Shown: positions 30,545 to 37,383 of the stretch, in pieces
How positions within the stretch are numbered: position 1 is the first letter of the stretch
How the letters are laid out: each line of letters opens with the position of its first letter
IMG/VR virus record: IMGVR_UViG_3300043788_000023
Span: 96,001-160,000 of that record
Length of the DNA stretch: 64,000 nucleotides
DNA from: a virus
Direction: 5' to 3' (one strand)
Notes under the pieces: generated by a model
What the model was told of the DNA's origin: nothing
Seen by the model: only the letters and a program-made list of their open reading frames with translations
Database searches by the model: none
Translations under genes and position numbers: made by a program

Positions 30545-32242
30545 TCAGTTCTCCACCTGTAAGATGCTCGCCACGGACGGGATGCCGGACGAGTTCACAA
30601 GAAAAAGCATGTAGTAGCCCGGAGGGGCTACGGAACCGTTGGGCGGCACGGTCGCGGTCAGCGAACCGGAGCCGGATGTGAAAGTCACGCCGACGTAGCG
30701 CTGATCGGTGTCAAACGAGTGCGTGTCAGCGCCAAGCTTCATCAGTACGACCGTCTTGATGTTGGTGTTCGGCGTTGCGATCTGAAAACTCTGACCGTAG
30801 TGCAACACGGTCGGTGCGGTCGTGATAGTCGGGCGGGACGCCGGGGAACCATCCGGGTTCCAGAAGTACGGCGGTTGATACACTTCAATGTGATTGTCAA
30901 ATTGTCCCTGCGCTGGATTGCTGCCCATGGAAACCACGGAACCGTCCGGCAGAAGCAGCGCCGTGTTGTGGTAGAGCCGGGCGTAAGCCTGCGTCCCTGC
31001 GGGGCTGAACGAATCCGTCGCCGGGTCATAGATTTCCGCATCCAGCGATGCAGTCGCCGGGTCTTCGTCGTTCGCAGAACCAGCCATCGTCAGCACTTTT
31101 CCGTTCGGTAGAAGGACAGCTTGCATTTCAATGCGTCCCAGCTTCATGTTGCTTTTGCTGTAGACCCAAGCCGGATTCGGCTGGCTGAGGTCAATGGTTT
31201 CCACGGTGTTCGTCGCCGGGTCGTTCCCGCCGAACGTGACGACCGTTGGCTTGTACGTGGGCGGCACGAGCGGAAGCAGAACAGCGGAGCCGTAGGTGCG
31301 GATGCCCGTGTAGTTCGTCTTGGCAACTTCGTTCCAGACCGTGGGGTTCGCTGGGTCAAACATGTAGGATTGCACATCAGGTCCAGCGTAGAAGACCTTA
31401 CCGTTCGGCAGCAGGAACATGCGTGGATAAAGCTGCGGATAGAAGCCGTTGTCAACTGTTCCGTTCAGCGCAGGGTTCGTGGCGAAGTACGGGTCGTTGA
31501 AGTCCCAGCCGTTCGCCGCGCTGTAGAATTCCACGGTGTTGTTGTCCAGTGCGTTCTGATCTTGTCCGCCGAATACCATCATGCGTCCGTCGCCTAGTTC
31601 AACCACGGTCGGGTACCAGCGCCCATCCACCATCGGAAGGTCGGTGTCCGTAAAAGTCGTTGTGTTCGGGTCATAGATCGTTGCGTTTGAGGAACCAAGA
31701 AACTGGTCATCCGCAACGGTGGAGGCGTTTCTTGCCACCTTGTGCCCCGGCATCCGTTCGGAAGTATTTGTCGCTGCGCCCGGTGCGCGTTCAGGTTGAC
31801 TGTGCCCCATCGCCCGCATCATTGCGGCGACTGTGCCGCCAGCGTAACTCTGCGTGCCTCCTGCGACGAACAGCCGCCCGTCAGGCAGGTGGGCAGCGCC
31901 ATTGCAGAAGATGTCCCAGCTAGTGGTGGGAATGGTCGTGATGGTCTGCTTGATTGGATCAAGAACCGCCGCCGTGTACTGTGCGGGTGTGGTCGGGCAT
32001 CCGGCTTGCGTCGGCGGGCAGTTGCCGGAGCCTTGGAGAGTCACTACCGTGCCGTCCGGCATCAGCGCCGCATGAATCGGATTGATCGGCATGGAGGCCG
32101 GGACGGTATTCCACACGCCGTCAGGATGTGGCGTGTACGTTGGGGGAGGCGGGGGCGGTGTGCCGGGATCGGAAGTCTGCATAGACCCACCGCCGCAGGC
32201 TGTCAAGCACAATAGAGGGAGCAATGCCAGAAAGCGTCTCAT
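30545..32242 (-). CDS. Galactose/glyoxal oxidase-like radical-copper oxidase (AA5, GlxA-like) lipoprotein
   Basis: Lipobox LTAC; DIFCNG, RWYPT, YPR, RLYHN, THS and APPGYYMLF motifs. Confidence 0.9.
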   Translation of the reverse strand: MRRFLALLPLLCLTACGGGSMQTSDPGTPPPPPPTYTPHPDGVWNTVPASMPINPIHAALMPDGTVVTLQGSGNCPPTQAGCPTTPAQYTAAVLDPIKQTITTIPTTSWDIFCNGAAHLPDGRLFVAGGTQSYAGGTVAAMMRAMGHSQPERAPGAATNTSERMPGHKVARNASTVADDQFLGSSNATIYDPNTTTFTDTDLPMVDGRWYPTVVELGDGRMMVFGGQDQNALDNNTVEFYSAANGWDFNDPYFATNPALNGTVDNGFYPQLYPRMFLLPNGKVFYAGPDVQSYMFDPANPTVWNEVAKTNYTGIRTYGSAVLLPLVPPTYKPTVVTFGGNDPATNTVETIDLSQPNPAWVYSKSNMKLGRIEMQAVLLPNGKVLTMAGSANDEDPATASLDAEIYDPATDSFSPAGTQAYARLYHNTALLLPDGSVVSMGSNPAQGQFDNHIEVYQPPYFWNPDGSPASRPTITTAPTVLHYGQSFQIATPNTNIKTVVLMKLGADTHSFDTDQRYVGVTFTSGSGSLTATVPPNGSVAPPGYYMLFLVNSSGIPSVASILQVEN

Positions 32243-32331
32243 GCTGGTTTAGATGCTCGGCAAGGTAAGAATGACGTGTTCTTGGTACATTTTTCACGGA
32301 ACTTTCAGTAACATAGGTAGGGGAGAACACT

Positions 32332-33192
32332 ATGATTTCTTGGATTATCGCAGCAGCCGTAACCGCAGGAACAGGCGGAGGTTACGCCGTCTATCGTGCC
32401 AAAAAGAAAAAGCCGACCCCGGCACCCGTCCCGAAACCGACGCCACCGCCCCCACCAGCCCCCAAGCCCGTGCCTACACCTACTCCCAATCCGACGCCGA
32501 CTTTTGAGGATGATTTCAGCAGCGGTACCCTGTCATCAAACTGGCGTGTATCAAACTGGACAGCGCCAGGTAACGTCGCAGGTGCGAACGTCGGCACCTT
32601 CATCCCCGCAAACGTTGATCTGAGCCAAGGTTGCCTGTGTCTCAAGTTGCAGCAGACCAAGAACGCCGATGGCTCCGTGTCCTCGGTCGGTGGTGAGATT
32701 CAGCTTAACCAACTCTGCGGGTACGGCACGTACGTCTACGACATGCGTGCATCGTCAACGAGCGCCACGGTGTCCGGCGCAGGATCGGCCGTCAACGGTC
32801 AGATAAGCTCGGGATTCAACTACCTGCCGGATGCGAACTACAACTCAATCACCGAAATTGATGCGCCCGAGATTGAAGGGCAGCACCCGAACCAAATCTC
32901 CTACACGGTGTGGAACAACCAAGTGTCGGAAGACACCAGCGCTGTTCCGATTCTTTCGCCGGATGCCCAGTTCCACGAATACAAGTTCCAGTGGTTCGCT
33001 GGGAGCGTGAAGTTCTTCCTTGACGGTCAGCTTGTCTACACGGCTACGACGAACATCCCGGCGCAAGCCGCCTACATGATGTTCAATCATTGGGGAACGA
33101 ACAGCACGAACTGGGGTGGTCTTGCGACACCGGGCGTCGACCGTTTCATGTACGTGAAGAATTTTAAGTTTTACGCGAACGCTGCTGTCTGA
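32332..33192 (+). CDS. GH16 glycoside hydrolase with N-terminal anchor
   Basis: EIDAPE catalytic-like motif, FEDDFS, FHEYKFQW, FMYVKNFKFY; Pro linker. Confidence 0.8.
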   Translation: MISWIIAAAVTAGTGGGYAVYRAKKKKPTPAPVPKPTPPPPPAPKPVPTPTPNPTPTFEDDFSSGTLSSNWRVSNWTAPGNVAGANVGTFIPANVDLSQGCLCLKLQQTKNADGSVSSVGGEIQLNQLCGYGTYVYDMRASSTSATVSGAGSAVNGQISSGFNYLPDANYNSITEIDAPEIEGQHPNQISYTVWNNQVSEDTSAVPILSPDAQFHEYKFQWFAGSVKFFLDGQLVYTATTNIPAQAAYMMFNHWGTNSTNWGGLATPGVDRFMYVKNFKFYANAAV

Positions 33193-33530
33193 AGAGTCAA
33201 GGGGTGATGCTCTTTGACATGGCAGTTCTTGCAAAGAACTTCGCACTTCGCAATCTCGGCTAATATGCGTTCTTTACTCCAGCCGTTGTTGGCGGCCTGT
33301 GCTAGATTCGTGTCTTTCTGCGTTGGGTCTAAGTGGTGGAAATCTAAACAAGCCCAGTGGGTTTCTGGGCAACGATTACACTTCAGCGTCTTTAACTCAT
33401 GAAACCACGCCACAAGTTCGTTGCGGCGCTGGGCAATTTCAGCCCGACGCTTACGCTGGTTTTTAGCATACCAGCGCTTGTTAAAGCGACGATTATAGGT
33501 CTTCTTTTTTGCTTGGTTCTTGAATGGCAC
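33171..33530 (-). CDS. HNH endonuclease
   Basis: CNRC...LDFHHLDP...EIAKCEVLCKNCH. Confidence 0.85.
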   Translation of the reverse strand: MPFKNQAKKKTYNRRFNKRWYAKNQRKRRAEIAQRRNELVAWFHELKTLKCNRCPETHWACLDFHHLDPTQKDTNLAQAANNGWSKERILAEIAKCEVLCKNCHVKEHHPLTLQTAAFA

Positions 33531-33542
33531 CAAGTTTAATAC

Positions 33543-33627
33543 TGGCTGGGAAGGCAGGATTCTAACCTGCAAGCCTTGCGGCACCAGTTTCAAGGACTGG
33601 CGTGTTTAACAATTCCACCACTTCCCA
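33543..33627 (-). tRNA. Atypical class-II tRNA with UUG (Gln) anticodon and Leu-type body
   Basis: Acceptor UGGGAAG/CUUCCCA-G-CCA; loop CC-UUG-AA; long variable arm GCC-GCAA-GGC. Confidence 0.75.
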
Positions 33628-33633
33628 AGAGAT

Positions 33634-33707
33634 TGGCTGGGAGACTAGGATTCGGACCTAGACTTCTTGGTTCAGAGCCAAGCGTGTTGCCGTTACACTA
33701 TCTCCCA
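33634..33707 (-). tRNA. tRNA-Gln(CUG)
   Basis: Cloverleaf; loop CU-CUG-AA; U1-A72, G73; encoded CCA. Confidence 0.92.
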
Positions 33708-33716
33708 AAAGAAAGT

Positions 33717-33790
33717 TGGCTGGGAGACCTGGATTCGAACCAGGATAGCAGGGTCCAAAGTCCTGCGTCCTACCGTTGGACGATCTCCCA
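33717..33790 (-). tRNA. tRNA-Gln(UUG)
   Basis: Cloverleaf; loop CU-UUG-GA; encoded CCA. Confidence 0.93.
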
Positions 33791-33799
33791 AAAGAAAAT

Positions 33800-33875
33800 T
33801 GGAGCTACCAGAGGGCATCGAACCCCCAACCTCCGCATTACAGGTGCGGCGCTCTGCCAATTGAGCTATGGTAGC
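33800..33875 (-). tRNA. tRNA-Thr(UGU), C33
   Basis: Cloverleaf; loop CC-UGU-AA; U73-CCA. Confidence 0.9.
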
Positions 33876-33884
33876 GAAAATTTT

Positions 33885-34121
33885 TTACTTGCAGCAGCGC
33901 CCGTTCATCGGATGCTGGGCTTCAGGCACCGGGTAGACCGTTGCGCCCTTGTGCTCCTCGCAGGGCCAAACGTGTTCGCTTCCGTCTCGTGCCAACCACT
34001 TGATGCCGTACTGCTCCAGCGGATTGACGACCGCCTCTACCGCCAGTTCCACGTCCCCGATCACGACCTTCTTGCCCATGAGCAGGTTCATCGCCTGCTC
34101 GCCGTTCAACTTGATTTCCAT
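33885..34121 (-). CDS. Small hypothetical protein inside the tRNA operon
   Basis: 78 aa with GGAG RBS, between Thr tRNAs. Confidence 0.6.
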   Translation of the reverse strand: MEIKLNGEQAMNLLMGKKVVIGDVELAVEAVVNPLEQYGIKWLARDGSEHVWPCEEHKGATVYPVPEAQHPMNGRCCK

Positions 34122-34136
34122 TTCATCTCCCGAACT

Positions 34137-34212
34137 TGGAGCTACCGGGTGGATTCGAACCACCGACCTCCCCCTTACCAAGGGGGCATTCTACCAACTG
34201 AACTACGGCAGC
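34137..34212 (-). tRNA. tRNA-Thr(GGU)
   Basis: Cloverleaf; loop UU-GGU-AA. Confidence 0.93.
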
Positions 34213-34223
34213 AAACTTAAACT

Positions 34224-34299
34224 TGGAGCTACCGGAGGGCCTCGAACCCCCGACCTCCGCATTACGGGTGCGGCGCTCTACCAACTGAGCTACGGTAGC
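34224..34299 (-). tRNA. tRNA-Thr(CGU), C33
   Basis: Cloverleaf; loop CC-CGU-AA. Confidence 0.9.
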
Positions 34300-34310
34300 A
34301 CTACAAAAAT

Positions 34311-34385
34311 TGGTACCCATGGAGGGATTCGAACCCCCATAACACGCCTATCGAGCGTGCGTCCTAGCCGTTGGACGACACGGGT
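34311..34385 (-). tRNA. Atypical tRNA-Ile(GAU), C33
   Basis: Acceptor ACCCGUG/CAUGGGU-A-CCA; loop UC-GAU-AG; Gln/Glu-type D arm. Confidence 0.8.
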
Positions 34386-34397
34386 AAAACAAAATCG

Positions 34398-34549
34398 TGG
34401 TGGAGCGTGCGGGATTCGAACCCGCTTCGGTACCAAACGATCTCAAGCCCATCCAGCTTCGGATTTTTGCCCGTCGCCTTCAACTGCTCGCTTGCGATCC
34501 GGGGAGTCGAACCCCGCGTGAGTCGTCGCTCTAGCCTCCAAGCCGCCCC
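34398..34549 (-). ncRNA. 152-nt tRNA-Ala/tmRNA-like RNA with a second T-arm inserted in place of the anticodon loop
   Basis: GGGGCG/CGCUCC-A-CCA (G3:U70, A73); D-like arm; terminal T-arm; internal CGGGG-UUCGACU-CCCCG. Confidence 0.75.
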
Positions 34550-34558
34550 ACAGAAATT

Positions 34559-34634
34559 TGGTAGGCGCGACTGGGATCGAACCAGTGACCTCAGTCTTAT
34601 CAGGACTGCGCTCTGCCAACTGAGCTACGCGCCT
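34559..34634 (-). tRNA. tRNA-Ile(GAU)
   Basis: Canonical cloverleaf; loop CU-GAU-AA. Confidence 0.95.
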
Positions 34635-34647
34635 TCAAAACGTGCCT

Positions 34648-34685
34648 AAAAACAAAAAAGCCGACCACTTGTTGCTTGGTCGGCT
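34648..34685 (-). terminator. Attenuator terminator upstream of the tRNA operon
   Basis: AGCCGACCA/UGGUCGGCU stem plus UUUUUGUUUUU, ~14 nt before tRNA-Ile. Confidence 0.88.
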
Positions 34686-34713
34686 GCTAACGTCCTGAAT
34701 TTGCTGGGCTTAC

Positions 34714-34803
34714 TTAGTCTTTGAAGCCCTCAGACACGTCAACGGACCGACCGCATGTAATTCGTTGCGTCGTCGTAGTTCGCGTTGTAGGTGTCTGGTT
34801 CAT
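34714..34803 (-). CDS. Attenuator leader peptide MNQTPTTRTTTTQRITCGRSVDVSEGFKD
   Basis: 29 codons with 8 Thr, 2 Gln and 1 Ile in the first 16; overlaps the antiterminator strand 34736-34752. Confidence 0.82.
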   Translation of the reverse strand: MNQTPTTRTTTTQRITCGRSVDVSEGFKD

Positions 34804-34819
34804 GATCTTTTCTTTGTGT

Positions 34820-34854
34820 TGGCTGGGAGTCTCCGGTTTTACCAAAGACTCCCA
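34820..34854 (-). ncRNA. tRNA acceptor-stem minihelix, Gln-like (G-CCA end)
   Basis: UGGGAGUCU...AGACUCCCA-G-CCA; first 6 bp and discriminator match the tRNA-Gln genes. Confidence 0.7.
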
Positions 34855-34856
34855 AC

Positions 34857-34890
34857 TGGAGCCGAAACTCAGCTTTCGCTAACCTTCGGC
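34857..34890 (-). ncRNA. tRNA acceptor-stem minihelix, Thr-like (U-CCA end)
   Basis: GCCGAAG-G-UUAGC-GAAA-GCUGA-G-UUUCGGC-U-CCA (7+5 bp). Confidence 0.7.
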
Positions 34891-34892
34891 AT

Positions 34893-34926
34893 TGGTGGAG
34901 AACCTCAGATTTCGCTGCGATTCTCC
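34893..34926 (-). ncRNA. tRNA acceptor-stem minihelix (A-CCA end)
   Basis: GGAGAAUC...GGUUCUCC-A-CCA. Confidence 0.65.
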
Positions 34927-34932
34927 GTCTTG

Positions 34933-34964
34933 ATTATATTACTGGAAGTCCAGAAATATGTCAA
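34933..34964 (-). promoter_or_regulatory. Sigma70-type promoter of the minihelix/attenuator/tRNA operon
   Basis: TTGACA-N17-TAATAT, with an overlapping TATAAT. Confidence 0.8.
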
Positions 34965-34983
34965 GGTTATTTTCGCAGCGCCT

Positions 34984-35187
34984 TTAGACGGCTGTGACGC
35001 GTTCGGCTTGGAGACCCTTGGGTCCCTTGACCACTTCAAACTCAACTGCTGCGCCTTCGTCAAGGCTCTTGTAGCCCTCGCTCTGGATCGCCGAGAAATG
35101 TACGAATACATCCTCGCCAGTCTGACGGGTGATAAAGCCATAGCCCTTTGCTGCGTTAAACCACTTCACGGTACCTTGTTCTGCCAT
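34984..35187 (-). CDS. cspA: Cold-shock protein
   Basis: GTVKWFN...KGYGFI (RNP1) and DVFVHFSAI (RNP2). Confidence 0.95.
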   Translation of the reverse strand: MAEQGTVKWFNAAKGYGFITRQTGEDVFVHFSAIQSEGYKSLDEGAAVEFEVVKGPKGLQAERVTAV

Positions 35188-35296
35188 TTTGTTTCCTTTG
35201 ATTGGATTGCTGAGAAAGTCTTTTGCGGGAGGGGTAAGCCTACAGCGGAGATCAGTTCTACCAGCTACTACACTATAATACCGAAAGTTGGGAAAG

Positions 35297-36198
35297 TCAA
35301 GCCTTGATTAGCGGTAGTTCCTCGGGCATGATCCCGAAGGTGTCCCACCAGAACTCGGGCTGTTTGTCCCCGTTGTTCCGAAAATAGCGTCGGCCTTCAC
35401 GCAGGGACTTCTCCATGCGACCACGTTCCCCATCCATCCAGCCCATAAACGAACATTCCACGCCCTGCGGGTTGAGACGCATGAATCGCCGGATCAGGCG
35501 ACGGCAGACGTAGTTCCTGCCCCTGTTGCCCGGCACGATGTCCTGCTCGCGGAACACGCACAGGGTGCGGAAATGGTCGCGGGACACCGGGTCTAGGTCC
35601 TGCCGGAAGAGGCTCGTCTCGTCCACGCGGCTTTTGCCTTCCACGATCTGAAGCATGCGCTCGTAGCCGAAGCCCACGTCCACGGAGTGCCCCATCGGGT
35701 TCACGAGATTGCCTACTTCAAGCCCCTCCGGCGTGAACAGTTCCGAGCAGTAGCCGCCCACGGTGCCGTCCGACCAGACGCAATCCGGGTCGTGGCACAC
35801 GGGGAAGACTCCGTTCCAGTGCCGCTCAAAGCCGGACTCCGGGTGGATGTTTACGTGGGAGATCGGGATGCCGAGGTCGCGGACGATGCCCGTCCACATG
35901 TCGCAGTGCCGCTGGTAGTCGTCCGTGCCGAAGCCGAAGCTACCGACCATCTGGAAGAAGGTCAGGTGCGTGCCGTCGCCGACCTCGTCGATGTCATTGG
36001 TGCGGACGCAGTGCTGGATGTTGCCGTGGCTGGTGCCGTCCGGTGTCTGGAACCTTGGCTTGAGTGGCTGCATCCCCGCGCTGATGAAAAGCGTGGTGGG
36101 GTCGTTCTCGGGGATTATGTTGGTGCTTGGTTCAAAGGGGAGACCGTTCTCGCTGAAGTGGCGTCGAAGGGTCTCGTTTAGGCGTCCCGCTGTGACAT
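35297..36198 (-). CDS. Minimal alanyl-tRNA synthetase-like protein (aminoacylation core only; start is out of frame)
   Basis: [39 protein letters not shown], motif 3 [13 protein letters not shown]...[21 protein letters not shown]; RBS-linked ATG at 36198 is one base out of frame. Confidence 0.82.
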
Positions 36199-36227
36199 GG
36201 CATCCTCCTACCCTATGATACCAGAAG

Positions 36228-36590
36228 TTAAGAGACTATGGCGGCTTTTCGTCTCGTCAAGTTAAAGGTTTCGCGCACACCCTTGAATGAGACTTCAACC
36301 TGTTTAGCTTGGGACAATAGAGCCTCAAGCACGCGCTCACAGGTACCAGAGTCGCCGTACAAAATCTCCCAGTGAACGTACCCGGCTTTCAACTCTGCCG
36401 AAGGACGGCAAGTTTGAAGATGGCTGACATCAGACGGGAGCAACCGAGGCAACACCACTTGCACGCTGTATACTTCAGCGCGTGAGGAGTTGGCGATAAG
36501 AGCGATGATACGCTCTTTAAGCTCAAACCGTGTTAGCTCCGGCAGTTGACCGCTCATAAGTTCCCCTGTAAAGGGTTCTAATACGCTCAT
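36228..36590 (-). CDS. Hypothetical protein
   Basis: 120 aa; ATGA-coupled to the kinase gene. Confidence 0.5.
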   Translation of the reverse strand: MSVLEPFTGELMSGQLPELTRFELKERIIALIANSSRAEVYSVQVVLPRLLPSDVSHLQTCRPSAELKAGYVHWEILYGDSGTCERVLEALLSQAKQVEVSFKGVRETFNLTRRKAAIVS

Positions 36591-37375
36591 TTCGTGCCCT
36601 CCATGGCTCTGTTAGCGAAGTCGTGCGTCGGTTGGGGAAGCTCGTACACCACGCCAGCGTTTTGAAGACTGGCTTGCAGTTGCTTGCGTGTGTCTGGTGT
36701 AAACTGCCCATGGACTTTCTGAAACCCCCGATGAAAAATGGCGGAGACGTTGTCTTGATAGGTGTCCAAAATTTGGCGACCCTGAGGCTGTAAAATCCAG
36801 TCCAGAACTTGGTTGGCTTCACCGCTTGCGTTCGCGGCGAGGGCAATCCCATAGTCAATGCCGACTAGCCCGTATGCGGGCGAATACGCCCAGTTGCCAA
36901 GGTGACGGTCGGTTACCCCGTAAGCTTTGTGGAGCCAGTGCCACTGTCCCAGTTGATCCAAGAATCGCACGCGCCATGCTTCGGTTAGCTGAATCAACCG
37001 CCATGCGTCAGGCTGCTTGTCGAGCGTTACGGCTCCGGGCACCCATACGATGACGTTTGTGTCTCGGTTTTTCAGCACCCCAATTTCGTCTATGTCAATC
37101 TTGAGGATAGGTCGGGCATTGTCAACCCGCAGCAGCATGGCAGCCTCAGCTACGAGGCGTTCATTTCGGGCAGCATTTGCATGACTCGGCGAGGCTTTGA
37201 GACTACCCACCACGCCGTTTTCGGTGAGTAACTTGAAGTGGGTGTCGTTGTTCGCCCCGGAACTGGTTATCGTGTCAGCGGCTACAGGCTCCACAGCAAC
37301 GATTCTCCCAAGCGACAGAGATAGCGCAGTTAGCTTGGCGTTGATGCTGTCCAGCAGTGTTTGGTCGAGGAGCAT
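36587..37375 (-). CDS. HipA/PI3K-like kinase-fold protein
   Basis: LK...NE, DRHLGNW catalytic loop, IDYG Mg-binding motif. Confidence 0.65.
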   Translation of the reverse strand: MLLDQTLLDSINAKLTALSLSLGRIVAVEPVAADTITSSGANNDTHFKLLTENGVVGSLKASPSHANAARNERLVAEAAMLLRVDNARPILKIDIDEIGVLKNRDTNVIVWVPGAVTLDKQPDAWRLIQLTEAWRVRFLDQLGQWHWLHKAYGVTDRHLGNWAYSPAYGLVGIDYGIALAANASGEANQVLDWILQPQGRQILDTYQDNVSAIFHRGFQKVHGQFTPDTRKQLQASLQNAGVVYELPQPTHDFANRAMEGTK

Positions 37376-37383
37376 GCCCTATT

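Noticed and set aside
33576-34649. Plus- and minus-strand ORFs overlapping the tRNA cluster (also 42288-42859 and 45237-45650)
   Set aside because: These are shadow ORFs over RNA genes.
36132-36203. prfB-like CUU-UGA +1 frameshift into the AlaRS frame from ATG 36203
   Set aside because: That ATG abuts the SD with zero spacing, and AlaRS homology extends upstream of the CUU-UGA site in the target frame.
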